From an uncultured Dehalococcoidia bacterium (GTDB lineage Bacteria > Chloroflexota > Dehalococcoidia > DSTF01 > RBG-16-68-14), in contig CAYOSF010000010.1 in NCBI GenBank assembly GCA_964406605.1, forward strand, positions 117,840 to 181,839: a stretch of 64,000 bases of DNA. Reading direction: 5' to 3'. A program made the position numbers and the translations under genes. The notes under the pieces were generated by a model, which worked only from the letters and a program-made list of their open reading frames with translations, was not told the DNA's origin and ran no database searches. This document shows, one piece after another, positions 55,235 through 63,863 of this stretch (within the stretch, counting starts at the first letter, position 1; each line of letters begins with the position of its first letter).

Positions 55235-56281
55235 ATGTCTGCTCTCCTGCGGGTGCTAGTCGTTGCCTCACTTGTAGCCGTCGGAGCAGCCTGCGGTCGA
55301 ACGGATTCTGTGGACGGGCCTGCAGAGACGGAATCTGAGATTGGCCCCGCACCGGCGCTGTCGGACGTCCAATTCTGGGCGTATCAGATCCAAGGCCTTG
55401 ATCGAGGGGACGCCATCGCCGACCTCGCGAACTCTCACTACGACCTGATCGTTGTCGAGCCCACCCGAACGGTCGCCGGCAACGAGGGGTTCGACACGGC
55501 GAGCGCCGTCGCGCGCATCAAAGCGAGCGCCAACAGTTCCGGCGACGGGCGGAAGATCGTGCTGGCGTACATCGACATCGGAGAAGCTGAGGACTACCGG
55601 ACGTACTGGGACGACGCTTGGAGCGCGCCTTCAGGAGATGGGCGTGGAAACCCCGACTTCCTCGTCGCGCCTGATCCCGACGGCTGGTCCGGCGACTATC
55701 CGGTTGCGTTCTGGGACGGCCGGTGGAAGGACATTGTCATCTACGACGACGACAGCCTGATCGACGCGGCGATAGCCGACGGCTTCGATGGCATCTATCT
55801 TGACTGGGTAGAGGCATATGATGACGTGAGCGTGATCGATGCGGCGGAGGAAGACGGCGTAGACGCGGCAACGGAGATGGTCGCGTTCATCCGAGAGATG
55901 CGTGAGTTCGCGGAGGAGAGGCACCCTGGATTCCTGATCGTGGCCCAGAACGGGGCGGATCTGCTCGATGGTCACCCGGAGTACCTCGATCTCATCGACG
56001 GTCTGGCGCAGGAAGACCTCTCGTTTCTTGGAGACGCGGACACCGGCTGGGATGGCCCGGACTCCGGAGACATCCCGCAGGACGAGGGGTACCACAACTA
56101 CCTCCTTGGCGTGCTCGAGCGCTACGCTGCCGAAGGCATCCCGACCTTCTGCGTTCAGTACGCCAGAGAGCCGGAGAACGTCGAGCGGGCGCTGGAGGAT
56201 GCCGACGATGTCGGGTGCGTTCCGTACGTTACGCTGACGCCCTTGGATCGCCTCACCGATACCCCACCACCCGGATATTGA
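55235..56281 (+). CDS. GH114/TM1410-like putative glycoside hydrolase lipoprotein (endo-alpha-1,4-polygalactosaminidase-like)
   Basis: The lipobox is AVGAAC. ..WAYQIQGL..YDLIVVEP.. and ..VLAYIDIGEAEDYRTYW.. fit the GH114/TM1410 pattern. Confidence 0.7.
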   Translation: MSALLRVLVVASLVAVGAACGRTDSVDGPAETESEIGPAPALSDVQFWAYQIQGLDRGDAIADLANSHYDLIVVEPTRTVAGNEGFDTASAVARIKASANSSGDGRKIVLAYIDIGEAEDYRTYWDDAWSAPSGDGRGNPDFLVAPDPDGWSGDYPVAFWDGRWKDIVIYDDDSLIDAAIADGFDGIYLDWVEAYDDVSVIDAAEEDGVDAATEMVAFIREMREFAEERHPGFLIVAQNGADLLDGHPEYLDLIDGLAQEDLSFLGDADTGWDGPDSGDIPQDEGYHNYLLGVLERYAAEGIPTFCVQYAREPENVERALEDADDVGCVPYVTLTPLDRLTDTPPPGY

Positions 56282-56494
56282 GGCTGATAACGGGCCGCTC
56301 CATCGTCTCTGTCGACGTCGAGGACGACGGACCTGACGACGACCCCAACGGTGGCCGCGTATGAGCCAACAGCGGCGGTGGCTCTGGCGTGCCGGCAGTC
56401 CGTCCAGTCCGTCGCCTCGTGACACCGGCCGGCGCCCAGGCGGGCTGATCTGCTCCGTGGCGCCTTGGCGCTCCAGCGGACTGGCTAGGCCCCG

Positions 56495-57739
56495 CTACTC
56501 GACGTTCAAGAACACCGGATTGGACCAGGCGAAGCGGTCGGGACCGTCGGGCAGGTCCCGAGACGCAACCTCAACCCGGTAGTACCCGGATTCAGTCACA
56601 CCGCTGTCGGCCAACGTGTCCTCGTATGCCGGCTCCATAGGGCTGATCGTCCGCCAGACCTCGCCGTTCTTGATGATGTCTATCTTGACCAGCACGGCGG
56701 TGGGGCTCTCGGAGTTGGCGTGGAGCTTCAGATTGGCTCGCCCGCCGGCGGCGGGGACACGGACGGTGCCTCCCATCAGCTCCCCGTTGACCTCGAGAGC
56801 GAGGGACGGTCCGGTAGTGGCGAAGCCGCGGCCTGCCTTGATCGCCTCGTAGACCTCTTCCGTGGTCAGGGCCCGTACGTAGATGCCGTTCTTGGCCACG
56901 CCGACGTTCGAGTCGGGGTCGCCGGTGTTGTGGGCGTCACTGTTGGCGACACCGAAGATGGGCCTATCGGCCCTGCCGTCAACGTAGGCCATGAGAAGCT
57001 GGTCCCACGAATTCAGAGGTGCCTCGGGCGCGCCGAGCCACTGTCCGACGCCCGTCAGCAGCTTGGTGGCGGAGTGGACGCCAACCCTAAGGGGAACCGA
57101 TTGGCCCCCAAGGAGCGCGGGCGTGTTCAGGTCTCTCTCGCCGTAGAGACCGAGGTCGCTCAGCGTCTTCGCCAACGCCAGCGCCTCTTCGTCCACATAC
57201 CCCAGCAGCCTCGCATAGCTGAAGAGGTCATCGATGTGGCTCTGGTTGTAGAGCTCAATGCAGTCCACGCCGTATTCGAGCCGCGTAGTACCCGACGTGT
57301 GGCAATGGACAGCAATGCCGCCGTTGGCGTGAATGTGGGCGGCCCACTTTGCCAGCGTCTCCGCATCCGTCGGGCCGGTGCCGGCCGGGTTGGGCGGATC
57401 CGGCCACGCCTCCTCGGGACAGACCTCGCTCGCCGCATCTCCGACAAAGGGGCTCTCGACGTTGAACCCGAGCATGTGTGATCGGTTGAATATGCTTTCG
57501 CTGCCTGTGATCTCGACACCGAGAAGGGCAAGGAAGGTGCCGGGATCCGACGCCGCAGCGGTTTCGGCGGCCAGCGCCTCCCATTTGGCCCTCGTTAGGT
57601 GTTCTCTGCAGTGGTCGGTAATGATGACGACGCTGAGGCCGCGACGAAGCGCCGCCGCCTTGACGTCTTCCACTGACCCCGTACCATCGGAGTGAGTCGT
57701 GTGTATATGACCATCGTAGTAGACCAACGAATACGGCAC
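56495..57739 (-). CDS. PHP-domain metallohydrolase (CehA/McbA-like)
   Basis: The N-terminus YYDGHIHTTHSDGTGSV and ..VVIITDH.. are PHP motifs. Confidence 0.75.
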   Translation of the reverse strand: MPYSLVYYDGHIHTTHSDGTGSVEDVKAAALRRGLSVVIITDHCREHLTRAKWEALAAETAAASDPGTFLALLGVEITGSESIFNRSHMLGFNVESPFVGDAASEVCPEEAWPDPPNPAGTGPTDAETLAKWAAHIHANGGIAVHCHTSGTTRLEYGVDCIELYNQSHIDDLFSYARLLGYVDEEALALAKTLSDLGLYGERDLNTPALLGGQSVPLRVGVHSATKLLTGVGQWLGAPEAPLNSWDQLLMAYVDGRADRPIFGVANSDAHNTGDPDSNVGVAKNGIYVRALTTEEVYEAIKAGRGFATTGPSLALEVNGELMGGTVRVPAAGGRANLKLHANSESPTAVLVKIDIIKNGEVWRTISPMEPAYEDTLADSGVTESGYYRVEVASRDLPDGPDRFAWSNPVFLNVE

Positions 57740-57943
57740 GGAAACAAGACCTCGGTATCAGTCTCGCGCGGGCCCCTCGTTTGCGCGGGACGCTCATACA
57801 CAATGGAATACGCTGTTGCCCGCTCAGGCAAGTCCTGCCGGCAGGCAGGCTGAAATCCTGGCCCGGAGCGCGGCCCAGCCGGCACCCCGGCGCGGGGCGG
57901 TCACGCCCGCGTCCTGAGGTCAGACTATCTGCAGATGGCGCGC

Positions 57944-59308
57944 CTACGGCGGCAGACTGGGTATCAAGCCGGCGCTGTATTGCAGGATGAGTGCTGCGTC
58001 TATTGCGTCGGTGCTGCCGCTGGCGTTGACATCCGCGTTGTGCTCGCAGGGCAGCGAACCCACCAGTGATGCCACTAGCTGCAGGACGAGGGCCGCGTCG
58101 ATGGCGTTGGTAGTGTAGTCGCAGTTGGCATCACCCACGGGAATGGCCTTCGCCCCGGAGACGCTCACCGGCACGTCGCTCCTGAGGTTTGTGCCGTCCC
58201 CCAACTGGCCGAAGATGTTGTCGCCCCAGCACGCGACGCTGCCTTCAGTGAGCAAGGCGCAGGTGTGCAACCATCCGCCCCCGACGGCCGTCACGCGGCT
58301 GCCCAGGCCCAAGACCGCCTCCGGCAGGTCGCGGTCGGTCTTCGTCCCGTCTCCCAACTGCCCGTAGGAATTGAGGCCCCAACACTTCACGGTGCGCTCA
58401 GCCGTCACGGCGCAGGTGTGAAACCATCCAGCTCCTATCGCCTGGACCCCGGCGGTCAGGCCCGGGACGTTCACCGGCAAGTTGCTGTTCGTGTTCGTGC
58501 CGTCGCCCAACTGGCCGTGATCGTTGCCTCCCCAGCACTTGACGCCGCCCTCGCCAGTGAGGGCGCACGTATGGCGCATCCCTGCCGAGACTGCCCGGAC
58601 ACCGCTGCTGAGGCCGGAGATGTTCGTCGGCACGGTCCTTCGCATGTTCGTGCCGTCGCCCAACTGGCCGTCGTTGTTGTTGCCCCAGCACTTCACACTA
58701 CCCCCGGTCATGATGGCGCACGTGTGGCTGTAGCCTGCCGAAACAGCCTGCACACCGCTGCTGACGCCCGGGACGTTCACCGGCAAGTTGCTGTTCGTGT
58801 TCGTGCCGTCGCCCAGCTGGCCGTAATCGTTGCTCCCCCAGCACTTGACGCCGCCCTCGTCCGTAAGGGCGCACGTGTGGATGCGGCCTGCCGAAACGGC
58901 CTGCACGCCGCTGCTGAGACCCGAGACGTTCACCGGCAGGTTCCTGTCCGTGTTCGTCCCGTCTCCCAACTGGCCAGCGAGGTTGTCCCCCCAGCACTTG
59001 ACGCCGCCCTCGCCAGTGAGGGCGCACGTGTGGTTGTGGCCTGCCGAAACGGCCGCGACGCCAATACTAAGACCCGAAACGTTCGTCGGCAGGTTCCTGC
59101 GGGTGATCGTGCCGTCCCCCAGCTGACCCTGATCGTTGTCGCCCCAGCACGTGAGGCCACCGCCGCTGCTGAGGGCGCAGGTGTGGTCCGCGCCCGTGGA
59201 TACGCTCTCGACGCCCGTGGCCGAGGCCGGGCCGGGGCGGCCCATAGCGACGGCGGGTATGAGCATGGCCGCGAGGCCCAGAGCGACGAGCGATGTGAGC
59301 GTGCGCAT
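57944..59308 (-). CDS. Secreted RCC1-repeat (7 blades) protein with a C-terminal dockerin-like module
   Basis: A signal peptide is present. There are seven ..HTCAL...G.VKCWG.N..GQLGDGT.. units. The C-terminus reads [53 protein letters not shown]. Confidence 0.85.
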   Translation of the reverse strand: MRTLTSLVALGLAAMLIPAVAMGRPGPASATGVESVSTGADHTCALSSGGGLTCWGDNDQGQLGDGTITRRNLPTNVSGLSIGVAAVSAGHNHTCALTGEGGVKCWGDNLAGQLGDGTNTDRNLPVNVSGLSSGVQAVSAGRIHTCALTDEGGVKCWGSNDYGQLGDGTNTNSNLPVNVPGVSSGVQAVSAGYSHTCAIMTGGSVKCWGNNNDGQLGDGTNMRRTVPTNISGLSSGVRAVSAGMRHTCALTGEGGVKCWGGNDHGQLGDGTNTNSNLPVNVPGLTAGVQAIGAGWFHTCAVTAERTVKCWGLNSYGQLGDGTKTDRDLPEAVLGLGSRVTAVGGGWLHTCALLTEGSVACWGDNIFGQLGDGTNLRSDVPVSVSGAKAIPVGDANCDYTTNAIDAALVLQLVASLVGSLPCEHNADVNASGSTDAIDAALILQYSAGLIPSLPP

Positions 59309-59723
59309 GAAGGTGGAGTCCTTGTCCCAGGATGGCCTCACACTAGACGGCTGAAGCGTACGTGTCAAGCGCACCGCCGCCGAATGAGAGTTGGGTGTGT
59401 TCCGCAATCCAGTTGAGTGCGGTCGCGGTGCTAGGGCTGGGTCGGCGAGCGGGATTGCGCCCTTTCATCATCGTGTGGCCTCCGACCCCCGCGAAGAACG
59501 AAATGACTAGCACCGTGCCGTCGTCATCGGCCCCAGTAGATAGTGCATCCGGCCTTGGCGGGCTACCACGGCACCGTTTGGCCGTCGCCAATGTCGTACA
59601 ATCGCACTTGGACGCCCTTGACCTCCGACTAAGGTATCCTCCAGCGGATGGCATATGACTTCCGGAATGACGTATTCTTGCGATACGTGTGGCTGAGCGT
59701 CCTAGACTGGCACTCACCCATAT

Positions 59724-60545
59724 ATGAGCACCAAAGACCCGAAGATCGCGGCACAAAAGCGCTTCGCCAGCCGTAGGTGGGGTGAGCAGGCCCTCGACCT
59801 CGTCACGCGTTGCGCCACCGACCCGCCGGTGGTGCTTGCCGGCCTCATCGATGCCGTCCGAGAGCGGGCTGGACCAGGCAGCCGTGTCGTCGAGCTCGGC
59901 TTCGGGTCCGGCTGGCTACTGGAAGCGCTGCGTGACCAGCTGCCGGAAACGCAGCTTCACGGACTCGACATGTCGCTGGGCTTCGTCGGGCGGGCCTACC
60001 AAGAGCACCGCAGCGACGCGCGCGTTCTGATCGGCGATATGGAACGGCTGCCGTACCGGGAAGACGCATTTGACGTAGTCGCCACCTGCTGGACTCTCTA
60101 TTTCATGCGAGACATCGACATCGCGTTGGAGGAGATCAAACGCTGCCTGAAGCCGGGCGGCCGTCTCATCGCAGCAACGAACGCGCCCGACCACGAATTG
60201 GAGGTCGGCGAGTTGATTTCTGAGGCGATCCGCCTGGCGCTCGGGCGCGAAGAGCCCGATCACGACGTGGGGCATCGCTTCGACTTGGCGACGGGAGCCG
60301 CAAGTCTGTCTCGCCATTTCTCAAGAGTCGAGGTGCGCCGGTGGGACGGTGAGCTGGTGCTCGTGGATCCGAATGACGTCGAGGCCCTCTGGCAGCCGTG
60401 GGAGCCACCCATGATGGAGAAGCACGAGCAGCGAGCTGTCCGTGCAGAGTTCGTGCGCCTCGCTCGGGAAGTGCTTGCTCGCGGTGGCGAACTGCGGATT
60501 CGGCGCCGCAGCGGCATGTTTCTGTGCGATCGTTCGTCGCCCTGA
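59724..60545 (+). CDS. Class I SAM-dependent methyltransferase
   Basis: VVELGFGSGW (motif I) and LKPGGRLIAAT (post I/II) are present. Confidence 0.8.
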   Translation: MSTKDPKIAAQKRFASRRWGEQALDLVTRCATDPPVVLAGLIDAVRERAGPGSRVVELGFGSGWLLEALRDQLPETQLHGLDMSLGFVGRAYQEHRSDARVLIGDMERLPYREDAFDVVATCWTLYFMRDIDIALEEIKRCLKPGGRLIAATNAPDHELEVGELISEAIRLALGREEPDHDVGHRFDLATGAASLSRHFSRVEVRRWDGELVLVDPNDVEALWQPWEPPMMEKHEQRAVRAEFVRLAREVLARGGELRIRRRSGMFLCDRSSP

Positions 60546-60867
60546 GCCTGTACGGGCGAGCCATCACGACTTGGCCGCCCAACAGCACAGGTTCGCGGGC
60601 TACTTCTGGATTCTTGAGGTGGCATCGGCTTGTTGACCGGTAGGGTCGTGCATTCGCACATGCACGACGGAGGGCAGGCGCGGGCGGGTTCTCGGCCGGT
60701 GTGTTGTTTGGGCGATGAAGGCTGCACTATCCCCACTTAGTGTCACCTCGTCCACTCCGTAACTCCCCCACAGCCTCCTTATCCCTCGATCGCAATCTCA
60801 GATTCGTATCTAGCGATGTCGCAGATCGTGCTCAGTTATCGTGTCGGATCACCTCAGCACGACGGCA

Positions 60868-60917
60868 CCTGTCTGGGGGATAGGGAATCGCCGGTTCGAA
60901 TCCGACCTCCCCGACCA
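60868..60917 (+). pseudogene. Orphan 3' half of tRNA-Pro(GGG): anticodon arm, variable loop, T-arm, 3' acceptor strand, A73 and CCA
   Basis: The anticodon stem is 60868-72/60880-84 with loop CTGGGGG (U33, GGG, G37). The T-arm is 60890-60906 with loop TTCGAAT and one C-A mismatch. CTCCCCG-A-CCA ends at 60917. No complementary CGGGGAG 5' strand or D-arm lies upstream. Confidence 0.6.
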
Positions 60918-60979
60918 TTCTTCGTATCGAGAAGAGGGCTATTCGTGCCACTCGATGTGGCCATGGACGACAAGGCAGA

Positions 60980-61870
60980 CTACTCAGCCACATGCTCGGC
61001 AGCGGCGAGCATCTTGCGTCCAAGGGGCTGCAAGTCGATCTTGGTACACAGCAGTCCCGACGACATGCGCTCGATCACGCCCCATTCCCAGATCGCCGTC
61101 GCATCTAGTCCAGTTCGCACGGCGAGCCACCGCGCCCGCTCACGCGCATCGCCCTGAAGCAGATCGACCGGGTCCCCGCGCATCAGCACGCCCAGGTCGT
61201 ACTCGGCTTCGGCAAGCAGCCCATCGGGATCGATGAGCTTGAATCCGGTGCCAGCTCCGAGCGCGTTCAACTGATGCACATCGCCATGGACGAGCACGGA
61301 ACGTTCGTCATCGTGTGCGGCGATTCTCCGCTGAGCGCAGTCGAGCGCGTAGGCGACCGCGCGCTCCGAGCACGGGCGATCGAGGGCTTCCCAGGTCGTC
61401 GCAACGAACTCGACGAGCCAGCGGCCCTTCTCCGCGCCCGTCGGCAGACCGCAACCCGCCGCTGGACGCCACACACGTTCGACCGTTGAGCACAAGATCT
61501 CGAGCCGCTGCTGCAAGGGCAGCCGCAGCTCAAACAAGGAACGGCCAAGTCGTTCTATAAGAAGAGCGCCGCGTTCGGCATCGTCGCGCAGAAGGAGCGC
61601 GCAACCCTCTCCCTTCGTCATTCGCAGGAACGCGATCTCGTTCCTCGCCCCGTCTGCGCCATGTGGGATGAGCAGCTTCAGGACGGCCGGCGTGCCATCG
61701 GCGAGCGTGGCTTCGGCGACGAACGCTTCATGTCCGCCGGTCAGGGAACGTCCGACGGCAAGAGACCAGTCGCGTTCGAGACTTGCGACCAGCACCGGCA
61801 GATCATCGAGCCATCCCGCCGCGCCAACGTCCAGCGCCTTCCGGCGGACCACGTCTGGTACACGTATCAC
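60980..61870 (-). CDS. Aminoglycoside/hydroxyurea-resistance-kinase family protein (APH(6)-like)
   Basis: The GTG at 61870 gives VIRVPDVVRRKALDVGAAGWLDDLPVLVASLERDWSL.., ..AVLKLLIPHGADGARNE..GALLIERL.. and ..VLVHGDVHQLNAL... The upstream part of the listed ORF overlaps a transposase remnant and is not part of this gene. Confidence 0.75.
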   Translation of the reverse strand: MIRVPDVVRRKALDVGAAGWLDDLPVLVASLERDWSLAVGRSLTGGHEAFVAEATLADGTPAVLKLLIPHGADGARNEIAFLRMTKGEGCALLLRDDAERGALLIERLGRSLFELRLPLQQRLEILCSTVERVWRPAAGCGLPTGAEKGRWLVEFVATTWEALDRPCSERAVAYALDCAQRRIAAHDDERSVLVHGDVHQLNALGAGTGFKLIDPDGLLAEAEYDLGVLMRGDPVDLLQGDARERARWLAVRTGLDATAIWEWGVIERMSSGLLCTKIDLQPLGRKMLAAAEHVAE

Positions 61871-61928
61871 GATGTTGGCACGCTCCTGACCCTGACCGGG
61901 TTTCCCGGACTGCTTGCTTCTTGGCTGA

Positions 61929-62084
61929 TCATGCCGCACCTTCCGTCGTTGTGTACAGGCGTTCGTAGTCGACCGGGCTGAGATTGTCGATGGACGTGTG
62001 CCGGCGCCGCATGCTGTACCAGGCCTCGAGCCACTCAAAGATCGCCGCCGCGAGCTGGGCCCGCGTCGTTGGGCGCGTCCGAGA
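61929..62084 (-). mobile_element. IS3-family (rve/DDE) transposase C-terminal remnant, 51 codons
   Basis: The frame reads SRTRPTTRAQLAAAIFEWLEAWYSMRRRHTSIDNLSPVDYERLY... This matches the conserved ..aIfeyIe.fYN..RrHs.lgy.SP..fE.. tail of IS3-type OrfB. It is bounded upstream by TAG, and no catalytic core is present. Confidence 0.6.
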
Positions 62085-62234
62085 CTACGAGCTCTTCCGC
62101 GACGGCTCCATGCGCTCCTATCTAGAAGGCCTGGCCATCCACCTCATCGGCTACAGGGACATTAGAGAGGCTCTTCGGTCCGGCGCCTTGGAAGGGTGAG
62201 GGAGGCTGGGCTAAAGGCCGCCGTCGCGTCTAGA

Positions 62235-62702
62235 TCACCGAAGAGGCGGACCATCGCCTTTCGAACCCAGCCCCAGCACGTCGTTACGCACATCCGAGCC
62301 TAGCGCGACCACGAACGTTTGCTTTCCGCCTAGCCCGTTGAGACTCGTCCCTAACAGAACCAGACCGTCGTCATGAATGATGTATCTGTCGTGAAGGTCT
62401 CTATCCTGTGCGACTCGGATTTCGAGCTTCCCATGGTGCTGTCGATTGAGGGCAGCGAGGTCTCGCTTTAGGGCGCTCGGGCTTCTGACATTCACGGTGA
62501 GAAGACGTATGACTTTAGCGTCTCGACACTTGTCAAGGAAGTCAAGCGTTCTGGGGTCTACATATGGGTCGCACACTCTCACTTCACCTCGCAACTCCGA
62601 TAGCGTGGCCTCCGTCTTCCTTATGCCTTTGAAAGCTTGTTCTGGCTGGATGAACAAGACCTCCTGCGACCCCGCTGCCGCTACCTCATTGACGACCGGC
62701 AT
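62235..62702 (-). CDS. Small PLD/HKD-superfamily-like protein with an HxR variant motif
   Basis: It encodes 155 aa. LHDRYIIHDDGLVLLGTSLN fits HxK(x)4D(x)6-7(G/T)SxN with Arg in place of Lys. Its G+C is lower than that of the flanks. Confidence 0.55.
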   Translation of the reverse strand: MPVVNEVAAAGSQEVLFIQPEQAFKGIRKTEATLSELRGEVRVCDPYVDPRTLDFLDKCRDAKVIRLLTVNVRSPSALKRDLAALNRQHHGKLEIRVAQDRDLHDRYIIHDDGLVLLGTSLNGLGGKQTFVVALGSDVRNDVLGLGSKGDGPPLR

Positions 62703-62796
62703 GCTAGTGCCCTTCCAAGTTAGCTGAACGGGTGAGACGCTTTCGCTGCCGGCGGGGCTCGGCCGAGAACTCCAGTCCCCGAGCGCGGCCGCCGGA

Positions 62797-63768
62797 CTAC
62801 GACGAGAGTTCAGCCCGGCGCGACCACCAGGCCTCGGCGGCGGTCATCGCGCTCTCGGCCTCGCGGATGCCGTCGCCCACGAGCCCCGCGGTGGCAGCCC
62901 AGTGCAAGGGTATGAGGGCTAGAGCCCCGGGGAGCCAACGGTGCTCGTCGCGAGTCAGCGGTTCCGGAGCCGTGCTTTCGTAGGCGTCGAGCAGTCGTCT
63001 CGGCTCTAGCAATTCGCCGCTCTGTGAGACATGGTGCAGGCTGCCGGCGATGTCGTACAGCCGCTCCCTGAACCTCGCAAAATCCAGGTCGAAGGTGACC
63101 CATGAGCCGTCTGACAGTTCTCCCGCGTTGCCCAATTTGTAGTCCCCATGAATCGGGGCGAATGGCAGTTCGACCTCCTTCCGGAGCTTGGAGAGTTCGC
63201 CAGTCAGTTGGCGCATCCGATGCACGACCGGCTCGCTGCGGGGTCCCAGCCTTCGGCGTGTGAAGCCGACCGAGTAACGCAGTTGGCTGAAGGTTCTGTG
63301 ATCGTCGAGGGGTTCGGGCGGACTCGGCTCCCAGACTGCTTTGAGAGCAGTGTGAACGCGTCCGAGCTCCTCGAATACGCGGACGTGGGAGTCCTCGTCC
63401 GCCCGTGGCTGGACGTGATCGATGAACTCCTCAATCTCAGCCCAACGATCAGCGACCCTCACGAGGTCGCGGCCGGAAATCCGAATCGGCCGAGCGACGC
63501 GGACTTGCGTCCGCTGGAGCCGCTCCCGCAGGCGCCGCAGTCCCGCTACCCGGCCGCGGCGGGTCCAGGGCCTATGAACCCGGAGGAGAACCGGCGGCTC
63601 AACGTCTATCCGCACGTTGAGGTTGAACCCACCGCCGATGTCTGCCCATCCGGCCCCGCGCGCGACGCGGTCGATCAGGGCCGAGACGGCCGGATCATCT
63701 GGGCTGGCTCTAGGTCCAAACCAGCGCGGCAAGGCAGGGGGAGAGGTCGAAGCTTCGATTCCGGTCAT
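62797..63768 (-). CDS. Phosphotransferase-family protein (APH/homoserine-kinase-II-like fold)
   Basis: The catalytic motif is PIHGDYKLGNAG, followed by FDLDFARFRERLYDIA. The start is uncertain, and the ORF extends to 63816. Confidence 0.7.
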   Translation of the reverse strand: MTGIEASTSPPALPRWFGPRASPDDPAVSALIDRVARGAGWADIGGGFNLNVRIDVEPPVLLRVHRPWTRRGRVAGLRRLRERLQRTQVRVARPIRISGRDLVRVADRWAEIEEFIDHVQPRADEDSHVRVFEELGRVHTALKAVWEPSPPEPLDDHRTFSQLRYSVGFTRRRLGPRSEPVVHRMRQLTGELSKLRKEVELPFAPIHGDYKLGNAGELSDGSWVTFDLDFARFRERLYDIAGSLHHVSQSGELLEPRRLLDAYESTAPEPLTRDEHRWLPGALALIPLHWAATAGLVGDGIREAESAMTAAEAWWSRRAELSS

Positions 63769-63863
63769 GGCAATGGCCCAGCAGCGCACCCGACGAAGGG
63801 TTCCGCCGGCGGGCATAGCACAATCTTACCGCGACGCTATGACGGCGGCACCCCGCAGCCCTT

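Noticed and set aside
60645-60668. A perfect 9-bp inverted repeat, gtcgtgcat/atgcacgac with a 6-nt loop, downstream of the methyltransferase gene.
   Set aside because: It lies ~100 nt after the stop and has no T tract. On its own it is not distinguishable from a chance palindrome.
60540-60917. A possible tmRNA (ssrA), suggested by the GGTTCGAATCC T-loop and the terminal ACCA.
   Set aside because: The 3' acceptor strand would pair as G3:C70, not the G3:U70 required for alanylation. No complementary 5' end, tRNA-like-domain partner or tag reading frame ending in ..AA* was found upstream.
60811-60917. A complete tRNA gene.
   Set aside because: The anticodon arm, T-arm and 3' acceptor strand fold well. 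No CGGGGAG-type 5' acceptor strand or D-arm exists in the upstream 100 nt, so I call it a 3' half fragment only.
61984-62199. A plus-strand 71-aa ORF between the transposase remnant and the PLD-like gene.
   Set aside because: Its first half is antisense to the IS3 remnant. I recognise no motifs. It is likely non-coding or another fragment.
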